From a virus, in UHGV virus genome UHGV-0277313: a stretch of 64,000 nt of DNA; one strand, 5' to 3'. The position numbers and the translations under genes are program-made. The notes under the pieces are model-generated. The model saw nothing but the letters and a program-made list of their open reading frames with translations. It was not told where the DNA came from and made no database searches. Position 1 is the stretch's first letter, and every line of letters begins with the position of its first letter. Of this stretch, positions 1 to 9,540 are shown piece by piece.

Positions 1-1
1 A

Positions 2-400
2 GGATATTCACGAAAACAATATAATTCTAGCCTATCTGGACAAACTATCAATTTTACAGTAGGTCAACCTATATCGTCATATTGCCAAAATGGTCAAAAT
101 TCATCTTTTCTTGCTCAAATCGGTGGAATGGGTTTTGCAGGAATAGCTGCAACAGGCGGTGCATCTCAACCTGGTGGAGTCGGCGGTGCAGCTTCAGGAG
201 GTGATGTTAATACAAATGGTTCACAAGGAGAGCAAGGTTGCTGGCTAGCTTGGGGCGGCGGCAGTGGTGGTCAAGGTAGAGGTGCAACAGGTCATACAAT
301 AAATGGTGTTCAATATGGGTTTGGTGGAACATGTACTGGCGTAGGTTCCCCAACATCTGGTAGTGGTTGTGTCATCGTTGAGTTAATTTATTGGGCATGA
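2..400 (+). CDS. Glycine-rich structural-type protein, 5'-partial. The frame is open from the window edge; the first in-window ATG is at 128.
   Basis: No stop codon in frame from nt 2 to 400. The Gly-rich composition (GGGSGGQG) matches the Gly-rich family elsewhere in the window. Confidence 0.4.
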   Translation, partial: GYSRKQYNSSLSGQTINFTVGQPISSYCQNGQNSSFLAQIGGMGFAGIAATGGASQPGGVGGAASGGDVNTNGSQGEQGCWLAWGGGSGGQGRGATGHTINGVQYGFGGTCTGVGSPTSGSGCVIVELIYWA

Positions 401-479
401 TTCTTTACTTTTTTAGTTGATTATTTTTAATGATTATGTTAATGTAAATCCATTGTTTGAGAATTAGAAGGAGAGAACA

Positions 480-779
480 GTGGACTTTACTTTGGCTGCT
501 ATGGCAAGTGTTCCATATTCTGCTAACAAGTTGTTTTTATTAGCAACTTGTTTGGTATCGTGTATTTATTCAACGGTTTATTTAATACACTCCAAAGATA
601 AACTAGTTACAGAAAGTAACTATAAATTTCTTTTATGTATTTTAATAGTAGCAATCGTCGATGCAACTTTTATTTTCTTGTGCTGGGATAGGTTGACTTT
701 TGATGAAATATGTGGAATGTTTATATGTGCACCTATTGTTTATTTGATCACATCTGTGTTAAAAAAGGTTAATAAATGA
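480..779 (+). CDS. Small hydrophobic (membrane) protein
   Basis: 99-aa ORF with several hydrophobic stretches. An AGAAGGAG Shine-Dalgarno-like sequence lies upstream, and the start (GTG at 480) is read as M. Confidence 0.35.
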   Translation: MDFTLAAMASVPYSANKLFLLATCLVSCIYSTVYLIHSKDKLVTESNYKFLLCILIVAIVDATFIFLCWDRLTFDEICGMFICAPIVYLITSVLKKVNK

Positions 780-1132
780 AACATTTTTATTGGTATGGTG
801 GTTATATTAAAAATAAAAAGCAATATCAACGTGTTGAATTCATAATTGCACAAGAAGATAAAAAACTGTATCAGTTCGTTGATTACAAACTTTTTAAAGA
901 GATTAAAACTGAAACAAAAGATATTTGGAAAAACGCATCTAAATTAATTCAGGAAGCAGGACATTGGAGTGATGAAGCGGATGCGGCTTTAGCCTTTAAT
1001 GGTTATTTGTGGTCTGAAATAACAGAACAAGAATTTAAAGAAATCTATCAGACAGGGACTGTTGAGGAAAAAGACTTGCGAATGATTTATTTGCAGTGGC
1101 TAAAGGATACAGGAATTAACAGAATCAGATGA
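776..1132 (+). CDS. Hypothetical protein
   Basis: 118-aa ORF. Its ATGA start overlaps the stop of the upstream ORF. Confidence 0.45.
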   Translation: MKHFYWYGGYIKNKKQYQRVEFIIAQEDKKLYQFVDYKLFKEIKTETKDIWKNASKLIQEAGHWSDEADAALAFNGYLWSEITEQEFKEIYQTGTVEEKDLRMIYLQWLKDTGINRIR

Positions 1133-1185
1133 TAAAAGTTTATAAGACCAAATTGAATTTAACATATAATTAGCGTAAGCAATTT

Positions 1186-2268
1186 ATGGCTAATGCTGGT
1201 TGTGCTCGTTGGGCTTATAACTATGTTGTCGGTAAAGAAACTGAATCTTTAAAGAGCAATAAATATATTCCTGTTAATGATTTAAGAAAAGAAGTTACAA
1301 AATTAAAACAAACAGATGAATTAAATTGGTTATTTAATTATGATTGTGATATTGTTAAGCAATCAATGAAAGATGCTGATAAAGCATTCAGAACATTTTT
1401 TAAGAATAAACAGAAATTTGGATTTCCTAAATTTCATTCTAAACATTCATCTAAACAATCTTTTTATGTTGATGGTGTTAAATTAAAAGTTTGGTCGAAT
1501 AAAATCAGAGTACCAAAAGTAGGTTATGTTAAGTTATATGAAAAAGATTATATTCCAACGGATGTTAAAAGTTATACCAATCCAAGAATTTTATTTGATG
1601 GAATAAGTTGGTATATTTCTGTTGGTGTAAAAGAAGATGATCCTAAAAAGATTACAAATAATGTTGTTATTGGCATTGATTTAGGATTAAAGGAATTAGC
1701 AACATGTTCCAATGGACTTGTTATCCATAATATATCCAAATCAAAAAGATATAAAAAGTTAGAAAAGAAATTAAAAAGACAACAAAGGCAAATGTCAAGA
1801 TCCTTAGAAAGGAATAAGATTGGAAAGAAATTTGTCAAGACAAAGAACTTTGAGAAATATAGAAAGAGATATTTAAAGACAAGTATTAAGATGAATAATC
1901 TGAAGATAGATTATTTCAATAAATCTATTGTAGATATCATGAAAACCAAGTGTTGTACAATAGTTCTCGAAGATTTAGCTGTAAAGAATATGCAGAAAAA
2001 TAGAAAAATATCTAATGCTTTTCAGAAATCTGCTATTTCTCAGTTTAGATCAAGATTGATTCAGAAAGCTGAAATGCTTGGTGTCAGTATATCTATCGCA
2101 GATAGATTCTTTCCAAGTTCAAAGATGTGTTCTCATTGTGGACATATTAAAAAAGATCTGACATTGTCAGATAGAATATATCATTGTGATATATGTGGGT
2201 TTGAGGTTGATCGTGATTTAAATGCTGCGATCAATCTCAAGAATACCGTGAGATCCACGGGAATTTAA
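1186..2268 (+). CDS. tnpB: TnpB (IS200/IS605 OrfB family) RuvC-like RNA-guided nuclease
   Basis: RuvC-I motif IGIDLGLKELATCSNG and RuvC-II motif IVLEDLAVKNM. Zinc finger CSHCGH...HCDICG followed by RuvC-III motif DRDLNAAINL. An upstream in-frame 14-codon extension (from ATG 1129) ends at an amber codon inside the conserved N-terminal motif. Confidence 0.85.
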   Translation: MANAGCARWAYNYVVGKETESLKSNKYIPVNDLRKEVTKLKQTDELNWLFNYDCDIVKQSMKDADKAFRTFFKNKQKFGFPKFHSKHSSKQSFYVDGVKLKVWSNKIRVPKVGYVKLYEKDYIPTDVKSYTNPRILFDGISWYISVGVKEDDPKKITNNVVIGIDLGLKELATCSNGLVIHNISKSKRYKKLEKKLKRQQRQMSRSLERNKIGKKFVKTKNFEKYRKRYLKTSIKMNNLKIDYFNKSIVDIMKTKCCTIVLEDLAVKNMQKNRKISNAFQKSAISQFRSRLIQKAEMLGVSISIADRFFPSSKMCSHCGHIKKDLTLSDRIYHCDICGFEVDRDLNAAINLKNTVRSTGI

Positions 2269-2366
2269 GCCTTCTATTGATTTGTTAAGATTATACTTGA
2301 CAAATTCATGTAGGAATTATAAGATTAAATACTTAGTTATAACTTATAAAGATCGGAAAAAGAATA

Positions 2367-3326
2367 ATGAGTAATGTTGATCTAATTGAATGGTGGTTGC
2401 ATCAATTTAAATTTACCGAACAAGATATGAACTTGTTGCAATCGTATGAAACTGATTTTATTATTACAAATAAAGATTACGATATTGTAAGAGAAAAAGC
2501 TTTGTCGATGTTGCCTGTACATTCAATTGATTATCATATTCATTTTGATACTTGTGCAACAAACATAATTGATAATTTATTTTTCAAGTATGTCGATGAT
2601 GACACATTAGTCATTACAACAATGAGCGAACATCCTTCTGTAAAAAAGAATTTAGAGAAGTGCAAGAATGTAATATACATGTGTTGTAACGGAAAAGTGA
2701 TTGAAGATTTTTATAAGCAATCGGACAAAATAGCTAATTTTAAAAAGGTATTTGTTTATAATATAGCTTTATCTGTTGGTGATGGGCATATAACATATAA
2801 TGACAATTTATTGGAGCTGAAAAGGAATCTAGATTCATTAGGTATCAAATCAGTTTTTGTATTAGATGCTGTACAAGAATTGTTTATGTTGCCGCGTGAT
2901 TATTCAATCTATGATTATATTATTGGTACTGCACATGCATTCGTCACGAAATACGATACTGGAGTACTTTTAAGTAAAGAGTATATACCGTCAGCTAAAT
3001 CGTGTTTATCACAAGGTGATCAGTATTTAGATTTATTGTCAATGTTGATAAAACATAAAGAACAATTATATCAATTTAAATATGTAATGGTGCAAGTATT
3101 TGGAAAATATTTATCGACAGATAGCGCTTTAAGTGTAACAGAAAACGGGCCGTATGTATTCAACTTGATTGATAAAAAGAATCGATTGGTTGGAATTACT
3201 GAAGCAGATCCAATTGCACAACCTGAAAATACTAATGCAACATTAAGAGCTTGCGAATCTTTATTGGACCAAAATACGTTTATAAATAAAGTGGAAACGA
3301 TTAAATATCTGTTGTCGGAGAACTAA
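2367..3326 (+). CDS. IscS/NifS-like class-V PLP-fold protein lacking the PLP lysine (paralog 1 of 3)
   Basis: FDTCATN, ITTMSEHPSV (compare IscS ITSxxEHxAV) and LDAVQE...IIGTAHAF (IscS DATQ...SGHK, with K replaced by A). Paralogous to 23936..24874 and 24874..25833. Confidence 0.5.
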   Translation: MSNVDLIEWWLHQFKFTEQDMNLLQSYETDFIITNKDYDIVREKALSMLPVHSIDYHIHFDTCATNIIDNLFFKYVDDDTLVITTMSEHPSVKKNLEKCKNVIYMCCNGKVIEDFYKQSDKIANFKKVFVYNIALSVGDGHITYNDNLLELKRNLDSLGIKSVFVLDAVQELFMLPRDYSIYDYIIGTAHAFVTKYDTGVLLSKEYIPSAKSCLSQGDQYLDLLSMLIKHKEQLYQFKYVMVQVFGKYLSTDSALSVTENGPYVFNLIDKKNRLVGITEADPIAQPENTNATLRACESLLDQNTFINKVETIKYLLSEN

Positions 3327-3328
3327 AC

Positions 3329-4186
3329 ATGAATGAAAAGAAAGAATTAATAAATATTTTTGATTATGATTTGTTTGATTGGGCAGATATGAAAACACAT
3401 TCAATCTCAACTAGTAAATCAACACAAGAAGAAGATAAAAAGTCGTTTATTAAAGCATATAAATTAAATGAAGTAGAAGTAGCTATTGAGCCGCAAAGCT
3501 ATCCTGAATTTCTAAAAACAGGGTCAGTAGGAATTGTTTATAGTGGCGGTTATGATTCAACTGTCTTAATGCTTCAAGCGTTAATGAACGGGGAAACAGT
3601 TAAACCGATTATATTTAATTTTGCACAGGATGATATAATTAAAGCAGTAAACTTGTCTATTTTAAAAAATAGATTTGGTGAGAATTTATTGGAACCTATT
3701 TGGTTCAATTTTTTCGGTTTGCAAGGCGGAATGTGCGGAACACAATGTACACAACAGTTGGCAATTCACAATATGTTGACATATTTGTCTAATGATGTTT
3801 TGAAAAGTTTGAAAGAGATTCAGGTAGGATACGTAATGAACGATGACGCTGTTTCTTTTCAAGAGGAATTGAAAGATGTTGTATCAATTGGATTTAAGAT
3901 TCAAGATAAAGTCAATGTTCCTATTACATATCCTTTAATACAAAAACATAAATATTATATAGATGATTTTATTCAACAACATTTAGGGTTCAATCATTTA
4001 TGTTTGTCTTGCCAGTTGCCAAGTTTTAATTATTATAAAGATTCTGATGCTTTATATATTATCACGGCAACTTGTAATGGCTGTACATCTTGTATGCATT
4101 CACAGTTATATAATTTGAATTTTTATCGTGGTAATTGTGTTGTTTTAGCAACAAGAATCCCATTTGCTAAACGATCTTGTTTTTGA
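3329..4186 (+). CDS. PP-loop ATP pyrophosphatase (QueC/ExsB-like) with Cys-rich C-terminus
   Basis: SGGYDS PP-loop motif. C-terminal CLSC...TCNGCTSC cysteine cluster. Confidence 0.55.
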   Translation: MNEKKELINIFDYDLFDWADMKTHSISTSKSTQEEDKKSFIKAYKLNEVEVAIEPQSYPEFLKTGSVGIVYSGGYDSTVLMLQALMNGETVKPIIFNFAQDDIIKAVNLSILKNRFGENLLEPIWFNFFGLQGGMCGTQCTQQLAIHNMLTYLSNDVLKSLKEIQVGYVMNDDAVSFQEELKDVVSIGFKIQDKVNVPITYPLIQKHKYYIDDFIQQHLGFNHLCLSCQLPSFNYYKDSDALYIITATCNGCTSCMHSQLYNLNFYRGNCVVLATRIPFAKRSCF

Positions 4187-4223
4187 TAGACTAAAAAGAA
4201 ACTAATTGATTTATAGGTGATAA

Positions 4224-4988
4224 ATGATTTTTGCTGATACAGAAACAACTGATTTGACTGAACCAAAAGTCTGTTCAATCGCAATGATTAAAGTTGATCA
4301 GTTTGGGAGCATTGTTGATACTTTGTATGAAATGATAAACCCTGAAAAAGAAGTATCATTAAATGCAAGTCAGGTTAATGGTTTTTCTTTAGAATTATTA
4401 CAATCATATAAAACATTTCGTGAATTGGCTGATAAAATCATTAATTTCGTTGGTGATGAAGTTGTTGTTTTCCATAATGCAGATTTTGATATGAGTGTAT
4501 TAAATAAAGAATTTACTGAATGTGGTAAAAATGTTGATTGGAAAATTATTGATACGTTACGTTTATCTTGTGATATCTTAAATAGTAAACATAAATATGT
4601 CAAACATAATTTAAATGCTTTAACTGAATATTATAATTTGTCGAATTTACGTGATGACAAACATGATGCTTTAATAGATACAAAAATGTTGAAAGAAATC
4701 TATTGTTGTTTGATGAAAGATTATAAAGAAATTAAAAACACAAAAGATTTTTGGACACAGAGAGGTCTAGTTGAATTAGCACATTACCCTAAATCAAAAG
4801 TGTGTATTGGAGGAATGTGTTATAAAACATGTGATCCTAATAGAACACGTGAATATTGGCGTGGTTATGTTTGGTTAAATTCAGGTGATGTTGTTGAGCC
4901 TATATATACAAACAAAATAACATTTAATACACGTGATGGAAAAATGACTTTTGATTTAGCATCTATTTCTATTTTGAAAATAAAATAG
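4224..4988 (+). CDS. DEDDh 3'-5' exonuclease (DnaQ/Pol III epsilon-like)
   Basis: Exo I FADTETTDL, Exo II VVFHNADFDMSVL and Exo III HDALIDTKML motifs are all intact. Confidence 0.75.
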   Translation: MIFADTETTDLTEPKVCSIAMIKVDQFGSIVDTLYEMINPEKEVSLNASQVNGFSLELLQSYKTFRELADKIINFVGDEVVVFHNADFDMSVLNKEFTECGKNVDWKIIDTLRLSCDILNSKHKYVKHNLNALTEYYNLSNLRDDKHDALIDTKMLKEIYCCLMKDYKEIKNTKDFWTQRGLVELAHYPKSKVCIGGMCYKTCDPNRTREYWRGYVWLNSGDVVEPIYTNKITFNTRDGKMTFDLASISILKIK

Positions 4989-4991
4989 TTA

Positions 4992-5020
4992 TTGACATTT
5001 ATTCTTTAATGATATAGCAT
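4992..5020 (+). promoter_or_regulatory. Sigma70-like promoter (TTGACA, ~17-nt spacer, weak -10) upstream of 5049
   Basis: TTGACA at 4992-4997. GAAGGAAGGTG Shine-Dalgarno sequence follows before the start. Confidence 0.35.
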
Positions 5021-5048
5021 ATAACTATATACAGAAGGAAGGTGTATT

Positions 5049-5462
5049 GTGATGAAAATTCGTTTAAGTCAAGAAGAAATGAAACAAGTAACAATCTTGC
5101 GTAATATCTTTAAAGGAAGATATGTTGAATGTTTTTTAAATTCTTCTGATAAGAACACAAGCGTTGTTCGTGTTTTGAAGAAACAAGAAAGAGTTTTTCA
5201 AGGAAGCTATTGGAATCAATCACATGAACCTCTTCGTGCAGACGTTAATGTGTTTTACTTTAGTTCATCTGATGCAGTTTCGTTGTATGTGAAGGCATTT
5301 TATGACAACAAGGAAATTGGGTTCAATATTGAAATTGATATAAATGATTTACGACAGGTTACAAAACAGACTGTATTAACGGATTTAAAGTTAACACCTT
5401 TAGTTAAAGGTGTGGTTATAAAATTAAAAGATTTGGGACAAACAACATTGGAATCAATTTAA
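5049..5462 (+). CDS. Small protein of the conserved C-terminal-tail family (ends ...LKDLGQTTLESI)
   Basis: Shine-Dalgarno GGAAGGTG upstream. C-terminal nonapeptide fits h-G-x3-L-[EDN]-x-[IV]. Confidence 0.6.
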   Translation: MMKIRLSQEEMKQVTILRNIFKGRYVECFLNSSDKNTSVVRVLKKQERVFQGSYWNQSHEPLRADVNVFYFSSSDAVSLYVKAFYDNKEIGFNIEIDINDLRQVTKQTVLTDLKLTPLVKGVVIKLKDLGQTTLESI

Positions 5463-5474
5463 GGGTAACTAGTT

Positions 5475-5786
5475 ATGATTAAACCTATTGAAGAAAATAT
5501 TGAGCTGTTGGAAAATCTTTTGAAAAAACATTTAAAAGGTTTTGTACAATTTTCTGAAAAAGATGATAATGTTGAAATTGACAATGGTTTCATTTGTTTT
5601 AAAATGATTCAAGTTACAGATGGTTTTTCTGGTTATTCTTTAAATATGCGTATGTTGCTATCCGAATTGATGTTAATAACTAAAAAAACACAATCAAATG
5701 AAATTGAGTTACATTATAATTGGGACAATGATTTTGTGGATGTTTCTATAAAAGAGGCTGGTGTATATACGCTTGAGACTGTTTAA
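5475..5786 (+). CDS. C-terminal-tail family protein (ends ...IKEAGVYTLETV)
   Basis: Tandem to 5049..5462. Shared C-terminal motif. Confidence 0.55.
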   Translation: MIKPIEENIELLENLLKKHLKGFVQFSEKDDNVEIDNGFICFKMIQVTDGFSGYSLNMRMLLSELMLITKKTQSNEIELHYNWDNDFVDVSIKEAGVYTLETV

Positions 5787-6145
5787 TGATTGATGACGCG
5801 CTTTCTAAAAAGATTGCAAAATTAGCAACAAAGTTACACAATAAAAAATTTGTTGATGAAGATAATAATGAATTCGTTGTTCGTATATCCCCGAAAATTT
5901 ATGAAACACATACAAAAAAATATATAGACTTTTGGTTGGATAGTAATTACTATTTGCTACGGATTTTAGCTGTTCATAAAAATTTTTTATTTAGAAGAAG
6001 AAAGTGGTTTCATATTCAAATACCTATTGATGATTTTGCAAATATAGATTTAGATTTATCATCAATCACATTTACAAAATGTAAAGATAGTGTTATCAAA
6101 TTAAAATTTGTTGATATTGGAACAGCTTGTTTGAATGAAATTTAA
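5786..6145 (+). CDS. C-terminal-tail family protein (ends ...VDIGTACLNEI)
   Basis: Start overlaps the stop of 5475..5786. Shared C-terminal motif. Confidence 0.55.
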   Translation: MIDDALSKKIAKLATKLHNKKFVDEDNNEFVVRISPKIYETHTKKYIDFWLDSNYYLLRILAVHKNFLFRRRKWFHIQIPIDDFANIDLDLSSITFTKCKDSVIKLKFVDIGTACLNEI

Positions 6146-6147
6146 TG

Positions 6148-6176
6148 TTGACATTGTGCAAAATTTAATATAATAT
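6148..6176 (+). promoter_or_regulatory. Sigma70-like promoter TTGACA-N17-TAATAT
   Basis: TTGACA at 6148-6153 and TAATAT at 6171-6176. An AGGAGAAAG Shine-Dalgarno sequence follows. Confidence 0.5.
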
Positions 6177-6205
6177 ATTTATATAGTTTTAGGAGAAAGT
6201 GGCAT

Positions 6206-6649
6206 ATGAGAATTTTTGTTGTTCCAAGAAAGTATATCAAAATGTTTATGCATACAGATATGTTTTTTAAACATAATAACTTTATCAGTATTGGTGAAGT
6301 TGCAGGTTATGAAGGAGTACCTGTTAATACTGAAAATGTTTTAAAACTTGTGTTCGACGATATGTCAGATAAAGAAACAGTTGGAACATTGTTTACCGAA
6401 GAACATGCCATTCAAATTAAAAACTTTGTTGATCGTATTGATAAAAGTAAAACTTTGTATGTTAACTGTTTCGCAGGTATATCAAGAAGCGGTGCAGTTG
6501 GTACGGTGATTAACGATTATGTCAACTGTTATCTTAACGGGTTGAAAAAGAATGAAGATTGGTATTCATTCTTTGACGATAATAAACAAATCAAACCAAA
6601 TGCTTATATTATGAGGGTTATGAATAAAACGTTTGGATTGACATATTAA
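6206..6649 (+). CDS. Cys-based protein phosphatase (CX5R, dual-specificity/tyrosine phosphatase-like)
   Basis: VNCFAGISRSGAVG matches the CxAGxxRSG signature. Confidence 0.55.
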   Translation: MRIFVVPRKYIKMFMHTDMFFKHNNFISIGEVAGYEGVPVNTENVLKLVFDDMSDKETVGTLFTEEHAIQIKNFVDRIDKSKTLYVNCFAGISRSGAVGTVINDYVNCYLNGLKKNEDWYSFFDDNKQIKPNAYIMRVMNKTFGLTY

Positions 6650-6663
6650 ATTAGGAGGGTAAA

Positions 6664-6945
6664 ATGAAATTGTGCAAAGATAAATTCAAAGAAAAGGTTG
6701 GTTATTTTTATCTTGATGCTATTGATTGGGTTTGTAATGACACAGATCTTAACAATTTCATTTTACCTGAAAAGACAGAATTTATGTCAATTAAAGAAAT
6801 GATTCGATATGCTATTGATAATGTCCCTGCATCTGCAACAGAATCATTTGCACAATTTCATTACATTAAAAATGATGTGATAAAAGAAGAAACAGCGTTG
6901 CTGTTTAAATATTACAACGGTTCGCTTAAAACATTTCAAATCTAA
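6664..6945 (+). CDS. Hypothetical protein
   Basis: Shine-Dalgarno AGGAGGG precedes ATG 6664. Confidence 0.5.
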   Translation: MKLCKDKFKEKVGYFYLDAIDWVCNDTDLNNFILPEKTEFMSIKEMIRYAIDNVPASATESFAQFHYIKNDVIKEETALLFKYYNGSLKTFQI

Positions 6946-6947
6946 AT

Positions 6948-7691
6948 TTATCCTGTTGATTTCATGTATGTAAAATCAAGAATTACACAACCAACTATTC
7001 CGTTTGTATATGCTGCGCCGTAGCTAGGTTGAAAACCCCCTGCTCCATAGCCTGTAGTTGTATCATCATATGCACTAGGTGTTGGCGCAAACACACTGAC
7101 TGAACCATATGGAACGGTATAGCCATTTTTATTTAAACTGTTACCTCCTGTTGCTGTACCACCATTTGCTGCATGGCCGTTGTCATACCAACCGCTCATT
7201 CCACCTTGACCGCCTGTTGCTTGCATGTTAATATTTGTTCCAACACAGCTAGAAGTACCACCATCAGCACCTTTATGACCACCCGCTGAAGTAGGCCCGC
7301 CAGCTGCTGCACCTGCGGCGCACGCTCCAGCTTTACCAACAATACAAGTTAAACTCTGAAGACTTAAATCTTTTGCTGCTGTGCCAGTAAAGACGCTTTT
7401 ACATACAGCGCCACTGCCACCTGAACGACCACACCATTTATTACCGTGATAGAATGTGCTTTCACCGCTACCACCACCGCCGCCGACGACCGTAATTGTT
7501 AACGACAATAATTCTTTAGGTAAAGTAAAGCTATACGTTCCAGCAACGTTAAATGTTTTGTTTTCAGTTGTTTGAACTTTAGTAACATAAACCAGCTGTT
7601 TACCTTTGTAGACTCTCCTAATATTTTTATTATCAGAAGATATTTTTGTTAAATTTTTATTAGACTTTTTTATTGTCATCATTCTTCTCAC
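6948..7691 (-). CDS. Gly/Cys-rich structural-type protein (KVYKG...TITVVGGGGGSG family)
   Basis: N-terminal RVYKGKQLVY motif, then LTITVVGGGGGSG and a long Gly/Ala/Cys-rich region. Paralogs lie at 27744, 33744, 27270, 26638 and 40198. Confidence 0.6.
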   Translation of the reverse strand: MRRMMTIKKSNKNLTKISSDNKNIRRVYKGKQLVYVTKVQTTENKTFNVAGTYSFTLPKELLSLTITVVGGGGGSGESTFYHGNKWCGRSGGSGAVCKSVFTGTAAKDLSLQSLTCIVGKAGACAAGAAAGGPTSAGGHKGADGGTSSCVGTNINMQATGGQGGMSGWYDNGHAANGGTATGGNSLNKNGYTVPYGSVSVFAPTPSAYDDTTTGYGAGGFQPSYGAAYTNGIVGCVILDFTYMKSTG

Positions 7692-7751
7692 TAATTACTA
7701 TTTATCGTAAGAACAAAGATTTATGTGATAAACAAATAACACTAAACAAAA

Positions 7752-7775
7752 ATGCCGGGCTAAAGTGCTCGGCAT
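7752..7775. terminator. Rho-independent terminator hairpin, bidirectional (A-run / T-run flanks)
   Basis: ATGCCGGGC-taaagt-GCTCGGCAT stem-loop flanked by AAAAA and TTTTT. Confidence 0.6.
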
Positions 7776-7800
7776 TTTTGTTTATTTATCTAATTCAATC

Positions 7801-8160
7801 TCAAAATTCAAAGACATAAGGTAATTCATCTTCACGAATTTCGAAAATCTTATCATGTGTCTTTACGAATCCATGTTCAACCAGATATTCAACAAAACCA
7901 TAAAAAGGTGATTTTGCATCTTTCAACAAAGCGTCTTTATACATTTTTCTTAAGTTGAAATCTTTAATAACAAGAAAAGTTGTATGTTTTGCATCAGCAT
8001 CATTGTCGGCAAATTCATTTAATTCAATTAATTCGCCAGCATGACAATCGAAGCCTTCAGGCTCATATGTATCCCAATCACGTTCGATTTGATCTTCGTT
8101 AAGATATGAACGAACAAATTTACGATAGGATTCTTCGATTTTATTTTTAGAATCAGTCAT
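7801..8160 (-). CDS. Hypothetical protein
   Basis: 119-aa ORF followed by a terminator hairpin. Confidence 0.5.
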   Translation of the reverse strand: MTDSKNKIEESYRKFVRSYLNEDQIERDWDTYEPEGFDCHAGELIELNEFADNDADAKHTTFLVIKDFNLRKMYKDALLKDAKSPFYGFVEYLVEHGFVKTHDKIFEIREDELPYVFEF

Positions 8161-8346
8161 TATTAAAACCTTTAGTTAAGTTGCAACTGAATAAAGAACA
8201 AACTTAAAGACAATCAGCTTGACTTTTGTTTTTTAATTTGATATTTTAAAAACTTCACACAAACCAATGAAAATTGAAGAAAATTTCTTGCAAAATTTCA
8301 TCGTTTGAGTTAATATAGAATAAATTGAGAAAAGAAGAAACGGAAA

Positions 8347-9540
8347 ATGATTCGCAGTTCAGCATTGACGTTAAAATTTGCAACAAGCAAAAAGCTGAAC
8401 ACCTTGGATTTGGTGTTTGACGAGTATGTCCGTGTTGTGAATTTGTATATTGATGCCTTGAGCCAATCAAAAGAACTGCCTAAATTCATCAATTTCAAAG
8501 TGGATACTTGGATTTCTGTTCAGCTCCAGCAAGTAGCTGGCAAACAAGCAGTGGAAATAATAAAATCTACCAGAAAGAAAGATCGAGAGATTAGATTGAA
8601 GAAATACAAGAAAACCTACAAGTATTTCTTAAATAAACAACGACAAAAGAAATTCATTAGCACGAAATTCAGCGAATTGAGATTGAATTACAAAATAAAA
8701 CCAAGGTATGATGGGAAAGTAATTCCGTTTGATCAACGCCAGTTTTCTTTATGTAAGTCAAATAATTCGTTTGACTTCTGGGTTCATTTGCGTTGCCTTG
8801 GTAATAAATTTATTTTGGATTTGCCTTTGAAAAATCACAAGCACAATAAACAGTTTATAGATTGGAAACGAGTGGGTTCTTGTAGGTTGCTTAGAAACAA
8901 TGGGAAATACAAAATTGAGTTGATTTATGAAAAAGAAGCTCCTAAATTAGCTAAACCAACAAAAATACTTGCAATAGATGCAGGAATTAATTGCTTGATG
9001 TCTTGCTCAGATGGACGACAGCTTGGTTTAGAACTGAAGAAATTACTCAATGAATTGAATCAGAAACAACAGAAATCTAAATCATACACTCGTAAATTGA
9101 ACCAAATACATAACTATGTCCGTTGGTGCGTGAACCAGCTAAATTGGGGTAATTTATCTGATTTGGTGATTGAAAATCTGAAATACATTCAGATTGATAC
9201 GAAGAAGCGAGTTAATAAAGTAACTTGTAAGTTGCTTTCCAAATGGAATTTGGGTTTATGGCGTAAAGCCATAGAACAAAAATGTGAAGAAAACTGTGTT
9301 TATTTGCATTATGTTAATCCCAAAGACACAAGCAGAACTTGTCCTAAATGCGGAAGCATTGACAAGGAAAACAGAAACGGTGAATTATTTCATTGCATAA
9401 ATTGTGGCTATGAAGCAAATGCTGACCTCAATGCAGCAATGAATATACTCACCCGGTTTTATCAGGAGAAACCTTTGCAGGTTGATATAGTCCTTGATTC
9501 TGCGAAAACTAATTTTAGTGATTTCATTAATTTTCATTAA
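8347..9540 (+). CDS. tnpB: TnpB-like RuvC nuclease (IS605 OrfB / IS607-type)
   Basis: RuvC-I motif ILAIDAGINCLMSC and RuvC-II motif LVIENLKYI. Zinc finger CPKCGS...HCINCGY and RuvC-III motif NADLNAAMNIL. Confidence 0.8.
   Translation: MIRSSALTLKFATSKKLNTLDLVFDEYVRVVNLYIDALSQSKELPKFINFKVDTWISVQLQQVAGKQAVEIIKSTRKKDREIRLKKYKKTYKYFLNKQRQKKFISTKFSELRLNYKIKPRYDGKVIPFDQRQFSLCKSNNSFDFWVHLRCLGNKFILDLPLKNHKHNKQFIDWKRVGSCRLLRNNGKYKIELIYEKEAPKLAKPTKILAIDAGINCLMSCSDGRQLGLELKKLLNELNQKQQKSKSYTRKLNQIHNYVRWCVNQLNWGNLSDLVIENLKYIQIDTKKRVNKVTCKLLSKWNLGLWRKAIEQKCEENCVYLHYVNPKDTSRTCPKCGSIDKENRNGELFHCINCGYEANADLNAAMNILTRFYQEKPLQVDIVLDSAKTNFSDFINFH

Noticed and set aside
1572-1838. Antisense ORFs inside larger genes (for example 1572..1838-, 4370..4603-, 8255..8498-, 10022..10270-, 14086..14811-, 36807..37058+, 47523..47845-, 59403..60647 overlapping ORFs)
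   Set aside because: They are fully embedded in longer ORFs that carry recognisable motifs. They lack a Shine-Dalgarno sequence, and their composition (Phe/Leu/Ile-rich, or Ala-rich mirroring a coiled-coil) is typical of AT-rich antisense artefacts.
2367-4186. Dnd-type DNA phosphorothioation module (DndA desulfurase plus DndC PP-loop)
   Set aside because: No DndB/D/E-like genes are visible. All three IscS-like paralogs lack the PLP lysine. The PP-loop protein may equally be QueC/TtcA-like. Kept only as an analogy.
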